Below, in pieces: positions 15,942 to 25,946 of a DNA stretch of 32,000 nucleotides. Source of the DNA: Micrococcus luteus NCTC 2665 (GTDB taxonomy: Bacteria > Actinomycetota > Actinomycetes > Actinomycetales > Micrococcaceae); contig NC_012803.1 of the NCBI RefSeq assembly GCF_000023205.1, forward strand, positions 930,001 to 962,000, read 5' to 3'. How positions within the stretch are numbered: position 1 is the first letter of the stretch; the number at the start of each line of letters is the position of its first letter. A program made the position numbers and the translations under genes. Below the pieces are notes generated by a model that saw only the letters and a program-made list of their open reading frames with translations, made no database searches and had not been told where the DNA came from.

Positions 15942-17270
15942 ATGGCGAAGCTCTTGACCATCCATGGCGGCAAGCCGCTGACCGGTGAGGTGACCGTGCG
16001 CGGCGCCAAGAACCTGGTGCCCAAGGCCATGGTGGCCGCCCTGCTCGGCAACTCGCCGTCCGTGCTCCGGAACATCCCCGAGATCAAGGACGTGGACGTC
16101 GTCAGCTCCCTCCTCGAGATCCACGGCGTGTCCGTGGAGTGGGACAAGGAGACCGGGCGGATCACGATGGACCCGGCCGGGGTGAAGTCGGCCCTGACCG
16201 CCGAGATCGACGCCCACGCCGGCGACTCGCGCATCCCGATCCTCTTCTGCGGCCCGCTCATGCACGCGATCGGCGAGGCCTTCATCCCCGACCTCGGCGG
16301 CTGCAAGATCGGCGACCGCCCGATCGACTACCACCTGGCCGTGCTGCGCAACTTCGGCGCCGTCGTGGACAAGCGCCCGGGCGGCATCTCCATCTCCGCC
16401 CCCAAGGGCCTGCACGGCGCCAAGCTCGAGCTGCCGTACCCCTCCGTCGGAGCCACCGAGCAGGTGCTGCTGACCGCCGTGAAGGCCGAGGGCATCACCG
16501 AGCTCAAGGGCGCCGCCGTCGAGCCGGAGATCCACGACCTCATCGCCGTCCTGCAGAAGATGGGCGCGATCATCACGGTGCAGACGGACCGCACCATCCG
16601 CATCGAGGGCGTGAGCGAGATGCGCGGCTACAACCACATCGCGCTGCCCGACCGCAACGAGTCCGCCTCGTGGGCCTCCGCCGCCCTGGCCACCCGCGGG
16701 GACATCTACGTCCGTGGCGCCGAGCAGCGCGACCTGACGGCGTTCCTGAACACCTACCGCAAGATCGGCGGCGAGTTCGACGTCGTCGACGACGGCATCC
16801 GGTTCTGGCACGCCGGCGGCGATCTCAACCCGCTCGTGCTCGAGACGGACGTGCACCCCGGCTTCATGACCGACTGGCAGCAGCCCCTCGTGGTGGCGCT
16901 GACCCAGGCCAAGGGGGTCTCCATCGTGCACGAGACCGTGTACGAGAACCGCTTCGGCTTCACCGACGCCCTCGTGCGGATGGGCGCCTCCATCCAGCTG
17001 CACCGCGAGTGCCTCGGCTCCGTGCCGTGCCGCTTCGGTCAGCGCAACTTCCTGCACTCGGCCGTGATCTCCGGCCCGACGCCGCTGCATGGCGTCGAGT
17101 TCGACATCCCGGACCTGCGCGGCGGCTTCTCCCACCTGATCGCCGCCCTCACCGCCGAGGGCACCTCCACGGCGACGGGCCTGGAGATCATCAACCGCGG
17201 CTACGAGCACTTCATGGCGAAGCTCGAGGGCCTCGGCGCCGACGTCGAGCTGACCGAACGCGACCGGTGA
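15942..17270 (+). CDS. murA: UDP-N-acetylglucosamine 1-carboxyvinyltransferase
   Basis: From MAKLLTIHGGKPLTGEVTVRGAKN, with EPSP-synthase/MurA fold sequence throughout (FCGPLMHAIGEAFIPDLGGCKIGDRPID). The SD gaggaagg lies upstream. Confidence 0.95.
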   Translation: MAKLLTIHGGKPLTGEVTVRGAKNLVPKAMVAALLGNSPSVLRNIPEIKDVDVVSSLLEIHGVSVEWDKETGRITMDPAGVKSALTAEIDAHAGDSRIPILFCGPLMHAIGEAFIPDLGGCKIGDRPIDYHLAVLRNFGAVVDKRPGGISISAPKGLHGAKLELPYPSVGATEQVLLTAVKAEGITELKGAAVEPEIHDLIAVLQKMGAIITVQTDRTIRIEGVSEMRGYNHIALPDRNESASWASAALATRGDIYVRGAEQRDLTAFLNTYRKIGGEFDVVDDGIRFWHAGGDLNPLVLETDVHPGFMTDWQQPLVVALTQAKGVSIVHETVYENRFGFTDALVRMGASIQLHRECLGSVPCRFGQRNFLHSAVISGPTPLHGVEFDIPDLRGGFSHLIAALTAEGTSTATGLEIINRGYEHFMAKLEGLGADVELTERDR

Positions 17271-18025
17271 GCGGCGTGGACGCGCAGAGCCCTGCCGCCG
17301 CGGGGGGTCGTCCGACGCGTACCGCGCGGGCCCCCTACGTGATCCCGGGGGTGATCGTGCGACCGGCGATGCGGGCCCTCGTCCGCCAGGTGTGGGAGGG
17401 GACCGAGCACCTGCCCGAGACCGGCGCGATCCTCGCCGTCAACCACATCTCGGAGGTGGACCCGCTCTCCGTGGCCCACATGGTCTACAACCAGGGCCTG
17501 CTGCCGACCTTCCTCGCCAAGGCCGAGCTCTGGAAGGTGCCCGTGCTCAAGCAGGTCCTCGAGGCCACCCGCATGATCCCGGTCGAGCGCACCCGCGACG
17601 GCGGCCGCTCGCTCGCCGCCGCCCGCGAGGCCGTCGCCACGGGCCGGGCGATCATCGTCTACCCGGAGGGCACCGTCACCCGCGATCCCGACGGCTGGCC
17701 CATGGCCGGGCGCAACGGGGCCGTGCGCCTCGCCCTGCAGACCGGCGCCCCGCTCATCCCCGTCGGTCAGTGGGGCATCCAGGAACTGCTGCCGTACGGC
17801 GGCCGCTCCCTCCGCGTCCTCCCGCGCAAGACCGCCCGGATCCGGGTCGGCGCGCCCGTCGACCTCGCGGACCTGCGGGACCGCCCCGTGACGGCGGCGA
17901 CCCTGCGCGAGGGCACCGGCCGCATGATGGCCGCGATCACCGACCTGGTCGCCGAGCTGCGCGGAGAACCGGCCCCGGAGGGCCGCTGGGACCCCACGAC
18001 GGGACGGCGGGTGACCGGGGCATGA
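17267..18025 (+). CDS. plsC: 1-acyl-sn-glycerol-3-phosphate acyltransferase family protein
   Basis: Acyltransferase motifs NHISEVD (HX4D) and VYPEGTVTRD are present. The GTG at 17267 overlaps the murA stop (GTGA). The start is uncertain; a GTG at 17276 or an internal ATG is possible. Confidence 0.8.
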   Translation: MSGVDAQSPAAAGGRPTRTARAPYVIPGVIVRPAMRALVRQVWEGTEHLPETGAILAVNHISEVDPLSVAHMVYNQGLLPTFLAKAELWKVPVLKQVLEATRMIPVERTRDGGRSLAAAREAVATGRAIIVYPEGTVTRDPDGWPMAGRNGAVRLALQTGAPLIPVGQWGIQELLPYGGRSLRVLPRKTARIRVGAPVDLADLRDRPVTAATLREGTGRMMAAITDLVAELRGEPAPEGRWDPTTGRRVTGA

Positions 18026-19055
18026 GCGATCCGCGGACCGTCGCCGTCCTCGGGGCCGGCAGCTGGGGGTCGGCCTTCGCCCGCGTCCTGGGCCTGAGCA
18101 CCAGTCCCGAGTCCGCCCGCGCGTCCGAGATCGTGATGTGGTCCCGGCGGGCCGAGGTCGCCGAGGCCATCACCGAGCGACACGAGAACCCCGAGTACCT
18201 GCCCGGCATCACGCTGCCCACCTGCGTGCGCGCCGTCACCGACGCCGCCGAGGCGGTCCGGGGCGCCGGCGTCGTGGTGGTGGCCGTGCCCGCGCAGCAT
18301 GTGCGCGAGACGCTACGCACCGTGCGCGCCGACCTGGCCCCGGACGCCGTCGTGGTCTCCCTCGTCAAGGGCCTTGAGCGCGGCACCGACGCGCGGATGT
18401 CGCAGGTCTGCGCGGAGGAGCTGGGCCTCAGCCCGGACCGGTTCGCGGTGGTCTCCGGACCCAACCTCGCCCTTGAGATCGCGCGCGGCGAGCCCACCGC
18501 CACGGTGGTCGCCTCGGCCTCGCGCGCGACGGCGGAGCGCATCGCCGCCCTCACGGCCGGCCGGACCTTCCGGCCCTACACGAACACGGACGTCGTGGGC
18601 GTGGAGATCGGCGGCGTGGTGAAGAACGTCATCGCGCTCGCCGTGGGCATCTGCGACGGGCAGGGGCTGGGGGACAACTCCAAGGCCTCCGTCATCACCC
18701 GGGGCCTGGCCGAGACCACCCGGCTGGCCGTCGCGCTCGGCGGGGACCCGGCCACCATGGCCGGGCTCGCCGGCCTGGGCGACCTCGTGGCCACGTGCGC
18801 CTCGCCCCTCTCCCGCAACCGCACGGCCGGCCGCCACATCGGCACCGGCCTCAGCGCGGAGGAGGCGGTGGCCGCCATGAGCCAGACGGCCGAGGGCATC
18901 AAGTCCGTGTCCGCCATCGTGCACGCCGCCCGCGCCCACGGTGTGGCGATGCCCATCAGCGAGCTGATGGACCGGGTGGTCGCCGGGGACGTGGCCGTGG
19001 ACCGCCTCGCCGAGCTGCTGCTCGCCCGTGACCTGAAGTCGGAAGGACGCACCGC

Positions 19056-19059
<4 letters not shown>
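18022..19059 (+). CDS. gpsA: NAD(P)H-dependent glycerol-3-phosphate dehydrogenase
   Basis: From MSDPRTVAVLGAGSWGSAFA, with GpsA sequence (GVVKNVIALAVG, LGDLVATCASPLSRN). ATGA overlap with plsC. Confidence 0.95.
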
Positions 19060-20195
<1,136 letters not shown>

Positions 20196-20228
20196 CGCGG
20201 CCCGCGGCCGCCCCGGCCCGCGCCGGTC

Positions 20229-20708
20229 TCAGCCGACGGGTGTGGCGTCCTGCACGCTGACGCAGCCGCCGCTGGGCTCGATCTGCGCGACCGCCGAGGA
20301 CAGGCCCACCATCACGGTGTCCGAGCTGGCCTGGTCCTTGCCGAACAGCACCTCCACGGCCGGGTCGCGGCCGTAGGTGGTGATCCGCCAGTTCTCGTCC
20401 TCGTCCCGGATGACCCAGTCGATCCCGTCCACGGAGATGCAGCGGTCCGTGGTGGGGCCGGGGACCTCGGCGCCGCAGCGCAGGACGACGGCGGCCGGGT
20501 CACCCCACACGGCCGTCGCCTGGCTGTCGGTGGGGCGCAGGTCGAGGTCGCCCAGGGCGTCGGGCATGGCCACCATGGCCGGGGCGCACGCCGGGTCAGC
20601 GGCGTGGGGCGCGGCGTCCACCGTGGCCACGCGTCCGGAGCAGGCCGTGGCGCCGAGGGTGATCGCGGTCAGGAGGGGCACGAGACGACGCAGACGGCGG
20701 GATTCCAT
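20229..20708 (-). CDS. DUF3515-like secreted protein / putative lipoprotein
   Basis: The signal peptide has a Cys-containing lipobox-like end (LLTAITLGATAC). The conserved Cys pattern and the AVWGDPAAVVLRCG...CISVDGIDWV block are typical of the DUF3515 proteins found next to ddl in actinobacteria (Rv2980-like). Confidence 0.75.
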   Translation of the reverse strand: MESRRLRRLVPLLTAITLGATACSGRVATVDAAPHAADPACAPAMVAMPDALGDLDLRPTDSQATAVWGDPAAVVLRCGAEVPGPTTDRCISVDGIDWVIRDEDENWRITTYGRDPAVEVLFGKDQASSDTVMVGLSSAVAQIEPSGGCVSVQDATPVG

Positions 20709-20714
20709 CCGCCC

Positions 20715-20720
20715 AGGATA
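20715..20720 (-). promoter_or_regulatory. Candidate -10 box (TATCCT on the minus strand) for a leaderless DUF3515 transcript
   Basis: The minus strand reads TATCCT-GGGCGG-ATG, which puts 6 nt between the hexamer and the start codon. Confidence 0.35.
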
Positions 20721-20798
20721 CGTGCGCCGCCGGGACCCGCGGGGGCCCGTGCCCTAGCATGGGAGGGACCCTTCCCGTCCCCCGCCTCAGGAGCCCAC

Positions 20799-21923
20799 GT
20801 GAGCAGCACCGCGGACCCCCGCCCCCGCCCCCCGCAGGAGGACGTCGCCGTCGGGCGGCGCCGTCGTCGTCGCCGCCCGTGGCTGATCGCCCTGGCGGTC
20901 GTGCTCGTGGCGCTGCTGGCCGTGGGCATCGCGGCGGCGGTGTACGTCGGCGGGATCGCCCGGATCATCGACCAGGACACCCAGCGCTTCGACGGCGGCG
21001 CGTTCCCCGCCGAGTCGGGCCGCCCGGGCGCCGCGGGGGCGTCCGCCCAGCAGCCCACCGCGCCGCCGCCCGGCATGGACGCGGACCAGGCCGCCGAAGG
21101 CGCCCAGGGCCCCGTCGCCCCGGGCGCGGACGAGCAGGCGGACGAGCAGGCCCTCGACGTGCTGCTCGTCGGGGAGGACGCGGGCGCGGAGGGCCGTGAC
21201 TCCGCCGGCCGATCGGACACCCTCATGTGGGTCCACGTGCCCGGGGACCGCAGCGAGATCCAGGTCATGTCCATCATGCGTGACATGTGGGTGCCCATCC
21301 CGGGGCACGGGGACCACAAGGTCAACGCCGCCTACCAGTACGGCGGCATCCCGCTGACGGTGGCCACCGCGGAGAACATGTTCCAGGCACGAGTGGACCA
21401 CCTGATCGCCGTGGACCTCGCCGGTTTCAAGGGCCTCGTGGACGCCCTGGGCGGCGTCAGCGTGGACAACCCCAGCGCCTTCGTCTCCACCGGCGGCATC
21501 GACTTCCCCGCGGGCACCGTGCAGATGGACGGGGACAAGGCCCTGGCCTACGCGCGGGAACGGTACAACCTGCCGCGCAGCGACTTCGACCGCGTGGAGA
21601 ACCAGCAGCGCCTGGTCAAGGCCATCGTGGCCGCGTTCCTCTCGCGGGACACCCTCTCGGACCCGAGCCGGGTGCAGGCCGCCGTCGAGGAGTTCGCCCC
21701 CTTCCTGACCCTCGACGACGAGCTCGACTCCGGCACCCTCGCGAGCCTGGCGTGGTCCCTGCGCGACGCGCGCGACGCCCCGATCGTGACCAGCACGGTG
21801 CCATCCGTGGGCGTGGGCTACACGGACACCGGCGAGGACGTCGTGTGGCCGGACTGGGAGGCGATCGCCCGCCTGGGCAAGGGCATCCGCACCGGCACCC
21901 TGGGGGAGGCCGTCGCGCAGTGA
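20799..21923 (+). CDS. LCP (LytR-CpsA-Psr) family cell-wall glycopolymer transferase
   Basis: GTG start with the SD caggag upstream. The layout is an Arg-rich N-terminus, one TM helix (WLIALAVVLVALLAVGIAAAVYV), a low-complexity linker, then the LCP core (RSDTLMWVHVP, VMSIMRDMWVPIPGHG, KVNAAYQYGG, AVDLAGFKGLVDALGGV, RSDFDRVENQQR). Confidence 0.9.
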   Translation: MSSTADPRPRPPQEDVAVGRRRRRRRPWLIALAVVLVALLAVGIAAAVYVGGIARIIDQDTQRFDGGAFPAESGRPGAAGASAQQPTAPPPGMDADQAAEGAQGPVAPGADEQADEQALDVLLVGEDAGAEGRDSAGRSDTLMWVHVPGDRSEIQVMSIMRDMWVPIPGHGDHKVNAAYQYGGIPLTVATAENMFQARVDHLIAVDLAGFKGLVDALGGVSVDNPSAFVSTGGIDFPAGTVQMDGDKALAYARERYNLPRSDFDRVENQQRLVKAIVAAFLSRDTLSDPSRVQAAVEEFAPFLTLDDELDSGTLASLAWSLRDARDAPIVTSTVPSVGVGYTDTGEDVVWPDWEAIARLGKGIRTGTLGEAVAQ

Positions 21924-22960
21924 GCACGCCGCCCCGGCCGTCCCTGGTACGGCACTGGCTCGCGCTCGCGGAGGAGCTCGTGGGCCGGGCCGCGCCGCGG
22001 CTCGACGCCCTGAACCTCTTCCCGGTCCCGGACGCGGACACGGGCACGAACATGCTCGCCACGCTGACGGCGGCCCGCACCGCGGCCGACGCCTGCCCCG
22101 CACAGGACGACGTCGGCGCCGTGCTCGCGCACGCGGGCGCGGCCGCGCTGGACTCGGCCCGAGGCAACTCGGGCATGCTGCTGGCGGTCAGCCTGGCGGG
22201 GATGGCCGAGCCCCTGCGCGGCCGGGAGCGCGTCGACGCGTTCGCCCTGGCGGCGGCATTCGGGGCCGCCGACCGGGCCGCCCGGCAGGCCCTGTCGGAT
22301 CCGCGCGAGGGGACGATCCTCACGGTGCTCTCCGCGGCCGCCCGCAGCCTCGCGCGCTCGTCCACCCAGGCCCCCGACACCCCCGCGGTGGCCGGGGACG
22401 CGGACCCGGCCGTGCGGCTCGGCCCGGCCGTGACCGTCATGCTGGCCGACTGCGTGCAGGCCGTGGAGGAGACCGAGTCGTTGCTCGCCCCGCTGACCCG
22501 GGCGCACGTCGTGGACGCCGGTGCCGTCGGGCTGCTCTGGGTGTTCGAGGCGCTGCGCTCCGTCGTGGCGGGCACGCCCGTGGACGAGGAGTTGGCCACC
22601 GCGCTCCCCGGCTACGTCGAGGGCGCCCAGGCCGCGGAGGGCGAGCCCGCCGCCGAGGCGGAGGCGCCGATCGAGGGGGCCGTCGAGGTGATGGGCACCC
22701 TGACGCTCACCCCGCTCGCCGCGGCCGGGCTGCGCCGACGGCTGGCCGACGTGGGGGACGCCGTGATCCTGGCCCCCCTTGGGACCGCCCGTGACGGGCA
22801 GGGCCGGGTCCCGTGGCGGGTCCACGTGCACGTGCCCCGCGCCGAGGACGCGATCGGCCCCCTGCGGGCCGCCGGCGACGTCGAGGGCCTGACCGTCACC
22901 GACCTGGCCGGGCCGTCGCACGGCGACGACGCCGCACCGGACGGGTGCCATGGCCGCTGA
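21920..22960 (+). CDS. DAK2 (DhaL) domain-containing protein, YloV-like
   Basis: DhaL-type motifs are LFPVPDADTGTNM and ARGNSGMLLAV. The C-terminal part resembles YloV (VILAPLG...WRVHVHVP). This is the conserved position immediately upstream of recG. GTGA overlap with the LCP gene. Confidence 0.8.
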   Translation: MSTPPRPSLVRHWLALAEELVGRAAPRLDALNLFPVPDADTGTNMLATLTAARTAADACPAQDDVGAVLAHAGAAALDSARGNSGMLLAVSLAGMAEPLRGRERVDAFALAAAFGAADRAARQALSDPREGTILTVLSAAARSLARSSTQAPDTPAVAGDADPAVRLGPAVTVMLADCVQAVEETESLLAPLTRAHVVDAGAVGLLWVFEALRSVVAGTPVDEELATALPGYVEGAQAAEGEPAAEAEAPIEGAVEVMGTLTLTPLAAAGLRRRLADVGDAVILAPLGTARDGQGRVPWRVHVHVPRAEDAIGPLRAAGDVEGLTVTDLAGPSHGDDAAPDGCHGR

Positions 22961-25142
22961 GGCCCCCGTCACCGACCTGCCCCTGTCCGAGGTGCTGGGT
23001 GGGAAGCTGCCCGCCCGCCTCGAGAGGGAGCTCGGGCTGACCACGGTCGGGGACCTGCTGGACCACGTGCCGCGCCGCTGGATCGAGCGCGGCGAGCTCA
23101 CCCCCATCGCCGCGCTGCCCTACGACGCCGAGGTGACCGTCGTCGCCGTCGTGGAGTCGGTGACCACGCGGCGCATGCACAGCCGGCCCGGGTTCATCGT
23201 GGACGTCACCGTCGCGGACCCGTCCGTGGCCGGCGTGCCGGGGGCGAGCCTGTCCATGGCCTTCTTCAACGGCCACGACGCCCGCCGCCGCCTCGCCCCC
23301 GGGATGACCGCCATGTTCCAGGGCCGCACGACCGAGTACCGCGGCCGGATCACGCTGAACAACCCGGACTTCGCCCTTCTGGACGACGACGTCACCCCGG
23401 GGGAGGTGGACGTGCGACCGGTCCCGCTCTACCGGGCCACGGGGAAGCTGCCGTCGTGGACGGTCCGCTCCGCCGTCGCCCGAGTGCTCGAGACCGTCGA
23501 CCTGGGACGGATCCCCGAGCTGCTCACCGAGCGGATCCGCGCGGAGGCCGCCGCGGCGCTCGACCTGGACGTGCCGCTGCCGGACACCGCCCAGGCATAC
23601 CGGGATCTGCACGCCCCGCACGACGTCGCCGCCACCGGGCCGGCGCGGACCGCGCTCGCCCTGCGTGAAGCGCTGCTCGTCCAGGCCGCGCTCGCGTGGC
23701 GCCGGGACCGGGAGCGGGCGGTGCCCGCAACGCCCCGCCCGCCGCGGGCCGGGGGCCTGCTCGAGGCCCTCGACGCCCGCCTGCCGTTCGCGCTGACGCC
23801 CGGCCAGGTGGCGGTGGGGGAGCAGCTGTCCGCCGAGCTGGCCCGGGAGGCCCCGATGAGCCGGCTGCTGCAGGGGGACGTGGGCGCGGGCAAGACGCTC
23901 GTGGCCCTGCGGGCGATGCTGCAGGTCGTGGACGCCGGCGGCCAGGCCGCCCTGGTGGCGCCCACCGAGGTGCTCGCCGCGCAGCACCACCGCGCCCTGC
24001 TGCGCCTGATGGGACCGCTCGCCGAGGCCGGCACCCTCGGGGCCGGCGACGGCCCGGCCACGAGGGTCGTGCTGGTCACCGGCTCGCTCAAGACCGCCGC
24101 GCGCCGGGAGGCGCTGCTGGCCCTGGCCTCCGGCGAGGCCGGGATCGCCGTCGGGACGCACGCGCTGCTCTCCGAGAAGGTGGGCTTCGCCGAGCTGGCC
24201 CTGGCCGTCGTCGACGAGCAGCACCGCTTCGGCGTGGACCAGCGCGAGGCCCTGCGGCGGGCCAACCCCGGCACGCACCTGCTCGTCATGTCCGCCACGC
24301 CCATCCCACGCTCCGTGGCGATGACGGTGTTCGGGGACCTGGACCTGTCGGTGCTCGAGGGGCTGCCCTCGGGGCGACAGCCGGTCACCACGCACGTGGC
24401 GCGCATGGCCCACGGCCCGCGCGTGATCGGCCGGGTGTGGGAGCTGATCGCCGAGCACGTGGCGGCCGGTCACCAGGCGTTCGTGGTGTGCCCGCGCATC
24501 GACCCCGACGACACCGACCCGGGCCACGCCAACGTGGAGGAGATGACACCCCGGCTGCGGGGTCTCCCGGCGCTGGCGGGACTGCGGATCGACGCCGTGC
24601 ACGGGCGCATGGACCAGGCCGAGCAGGACGCGGCGATGCAGGCCTTCGCGCGCGGCGAGACGGACGTGCTCGTGGCGACCACCGTCGTGGAGGTGGGCGT
24701 GGACGTGCCCAACGCGACGGTCATGGCGGTCCTCGACGCCGACGACTTCGGCCTGTCCACCCTGCACCAGCTGCGCGGCCGCGTGGGCCGCGGGCCCGGG
24801 GCGGCGGTCTGCCTGCTGGCCACGCGCCTGCCGGACGGGTACCCGTCGCTGCGCCGGCTCGAGGTCCTGGCCCAGGAGCAGGACGGCATGCGCATCGCGC
24901 AGGAGGACCTCGCCCAGCGCGGCGTCGGCGACGTGCTCGGCGCCGCCCAGTCCGGGCTGGCCTCGGGGCTGCACCACGTGGACGTCATCGCCGACGCCCC
25001 GCTGATCGCCGTGGCCGCCGACGCCGTCGCGCAGGTCATGGCGGCCGGCCCCGGGCTCTCCGCCCACCCGGCGCTCGCCGCCGAGGTGGCCCGCTGGGAG
25101 GCCGAGCACCTCACCGCCGCCGACTACCTCGAGAAGGGCTGA
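22950..25142 (+). CDS. recG: ATP-dependent DNA helicase RecG
   Basis: N-terminal wedge region, Walker A GDVGAGKT, DEQHRFG, MSATPIPRS and QLRGRVGRG. Overlaps the DAK2 gene by 11 nt. Confidence 0.95.
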   Translation: MAAEAPVTDLPLSEVLGGKLPARLERELGLTTVGDLLDHVPRRWIERGELTPIAALPYDAEVTVVAVVESVTTRRMHSRPGFIVDVTVADPSVAGVPGASLSMAFFNGHDARRRLAPGMTAMFQGRTTEYRGRITLNNPDFALLDDDVTPGEVDVRPVPLYRATGKLPSWTVRSAVARVLETVDLGRIPELLTERIRAEAAAALDLDVPLPDTAQAYRDLHAPHDVAATGPARTALALREALLVQAALAWRRDRERAVPATPRPPRAGGLLEALDARLPFALTPGQVAVGEQLSAELAREAPMSRLLQGDVGAGKTLVALRAMLQVVDAGGQAALVAPTEVLAAQHHRALLRLMGPLAEAGTLGAGDGPATRVVLVTGSLKTAARREALLALASGEAGIAVGTHALLSEKVGFAELALAVVDEQHRFGVDQREALRRANPGTHLLVMSATPIPRSVAMTVFGDLDLSVLEGLPSGRQPVTTHVARMAHGPRVIGRVWELIAEHVAAGHQAFVVCPRIDPDDTDPGHANVEEMTPRLRGLPALAGLRIDAVHGRMDQAEQDAAMQAFARGETDVLVATTVVEVGVDVPNATVMAVLDADDFGLSTLHQLRGRVGRGPGAAVCLLATRLPDGYPSLRRLEVLAQEQDGMRIAQEDLAQRGVGDVLGAAQSGLASGLHHVDVIADAPLIAVAADAVAQVMAAGPGLSAHPALAAEVARWEAEHLTAADYLEKG

Positions 25143-25145
25143 GCC

Positions 25146-25709
25146 ATGTCCCGCATCATCGCCGGCGCGGCCGCCGGGCGGCCCCTGAGCGCCGTCCCCG
25201 GCACCGGCACGCGCCCCACCACGGACCGCACCAAGGAGGCCCTGTTCTCCTGGCTCGAGGCCCGCGACTGGCTGGACGGGACGGCCGTGCTCGACCTCTA
25301 CGCCGGCTCCGGCGCCCTGGGGTGCGAGGCTGCCAGCCGCGGAGCGGCATCGGTGCTGCTGGTCGAGCGGGACCGGAAGGCCGTGACCGCGTGTCGCGCG
25401 AACGCCGCGCTGGTCAACCGGGCGCGCGGGGCCGACGTCGTGCGCGTGCGCGCCGGGAGCGTGGAGCAGGCGCTCGCGGCGGAGGCCGCGCCCGTGGACC
25501 TGATCCTGGCCGACCCGCCGTACCCGGTGGCCGGCCCGCCACTCGAGGCCGTGCTGGAGGCGGCGGCCGGGCGGCTCGCCCCGGGCGGGCTGCTCGTGCT
25601 GGAGCGGGCGGCCCGGGACGCGGCGCCGCGCCGGCCGCGCGGCCTCGAGGAGGTCGAGGTGCGCGTCTACGGCGAGACCGCCCTGTACCTCTGGCAGGAC
25701 GAGCGCTGA
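25146..25709 (+). CDS. rsmD: 16S rRNA (guanine966-N2)-methyltransferase
   Basis: RsmD sequence (RIIAGAAAGRPL, RPTTDRTKEALF, LDLYAGSGALG, ADPPY). Confidence 0.9.
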   Translation: MSRIIAGAAAGRPLSAVPGTGTRPTTDRTKEALFSWLEARDWLDGTAVLDLYAGSGALGCEAASRGAASVLLVERDRKAVTACRANAALVNRARGADVVRVRAGSVEQALAAEAAPVDLILADPPYPVAGPPLEAVLEAAAGRLAPGGLLVLERAARDAAPRRPRGLEEVEVRVYGETALYLWQDER

Positions 25710-25722
25710 CCCCGCCCACCCG

Positions 25723-25936
25723 CTTTCGTTCGGGAAACGGCGGCGTGTCGGCCCGTTTTCGTTCGGGAAACGGCGGCGTCTCGGCCCGTTCTCACCGGGG
25801 AGACGGGAGGGCGGAACGGACTGGGCTCAGCACGGAACCGCGAGCACGGCGGCCGCCGTTTCCCGAACGAAAATGCTCCGGGGACCGCCGTTTCCCGAAC
25901 GAAAGTGCTCCGGGGGCCGCCGTTTCGTCAACGAAA
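25723..25936. repeat. Nested inverted array of a 21-nt core TTTCGTTCGGGAAACGGCGGC (2 forward and 3 reverse copies, 32-33 bp period)
   Basis: Forward cores lie at 25724-25744 and 25757-25777. Reverse cores lie at 25852-25872, 25884-25904 and a degenerate one at 25916-25936 (tttcgtcaacgaaa). The inner pair is a perfect 22-bp inverted repeat (25756-25777 with 25852-25873). The outer pair is a perfect 21-bp inverted repeat (25723-25743 with 25885-25905). Confidence 0.9.
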
Positions 25937-25946
25937 GCGTCGGGGG

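Noticed and set aside
10989-17210. Minus-strand ORFs 10989-13091, 13496-15808 and 15678-17210, and plus-strand ORF 11786-12625
   Set aside because: They are alternative frames or antisense to ugd, the IclR gene, leuCD and murA. The translations are compositionally biased, have no motifs, and overlap well-supported genes.
25710-25946. Reading the 32-33-bp periodic repeats as a mini CRISPR array
   Set aside because: The 21-nt repeats would be separated by only ~11-12-nt spacers, with just 2-3 units per arm in opposite orientations. There are no cas genes in the window. The geometry is that of a nested inverted repeat.
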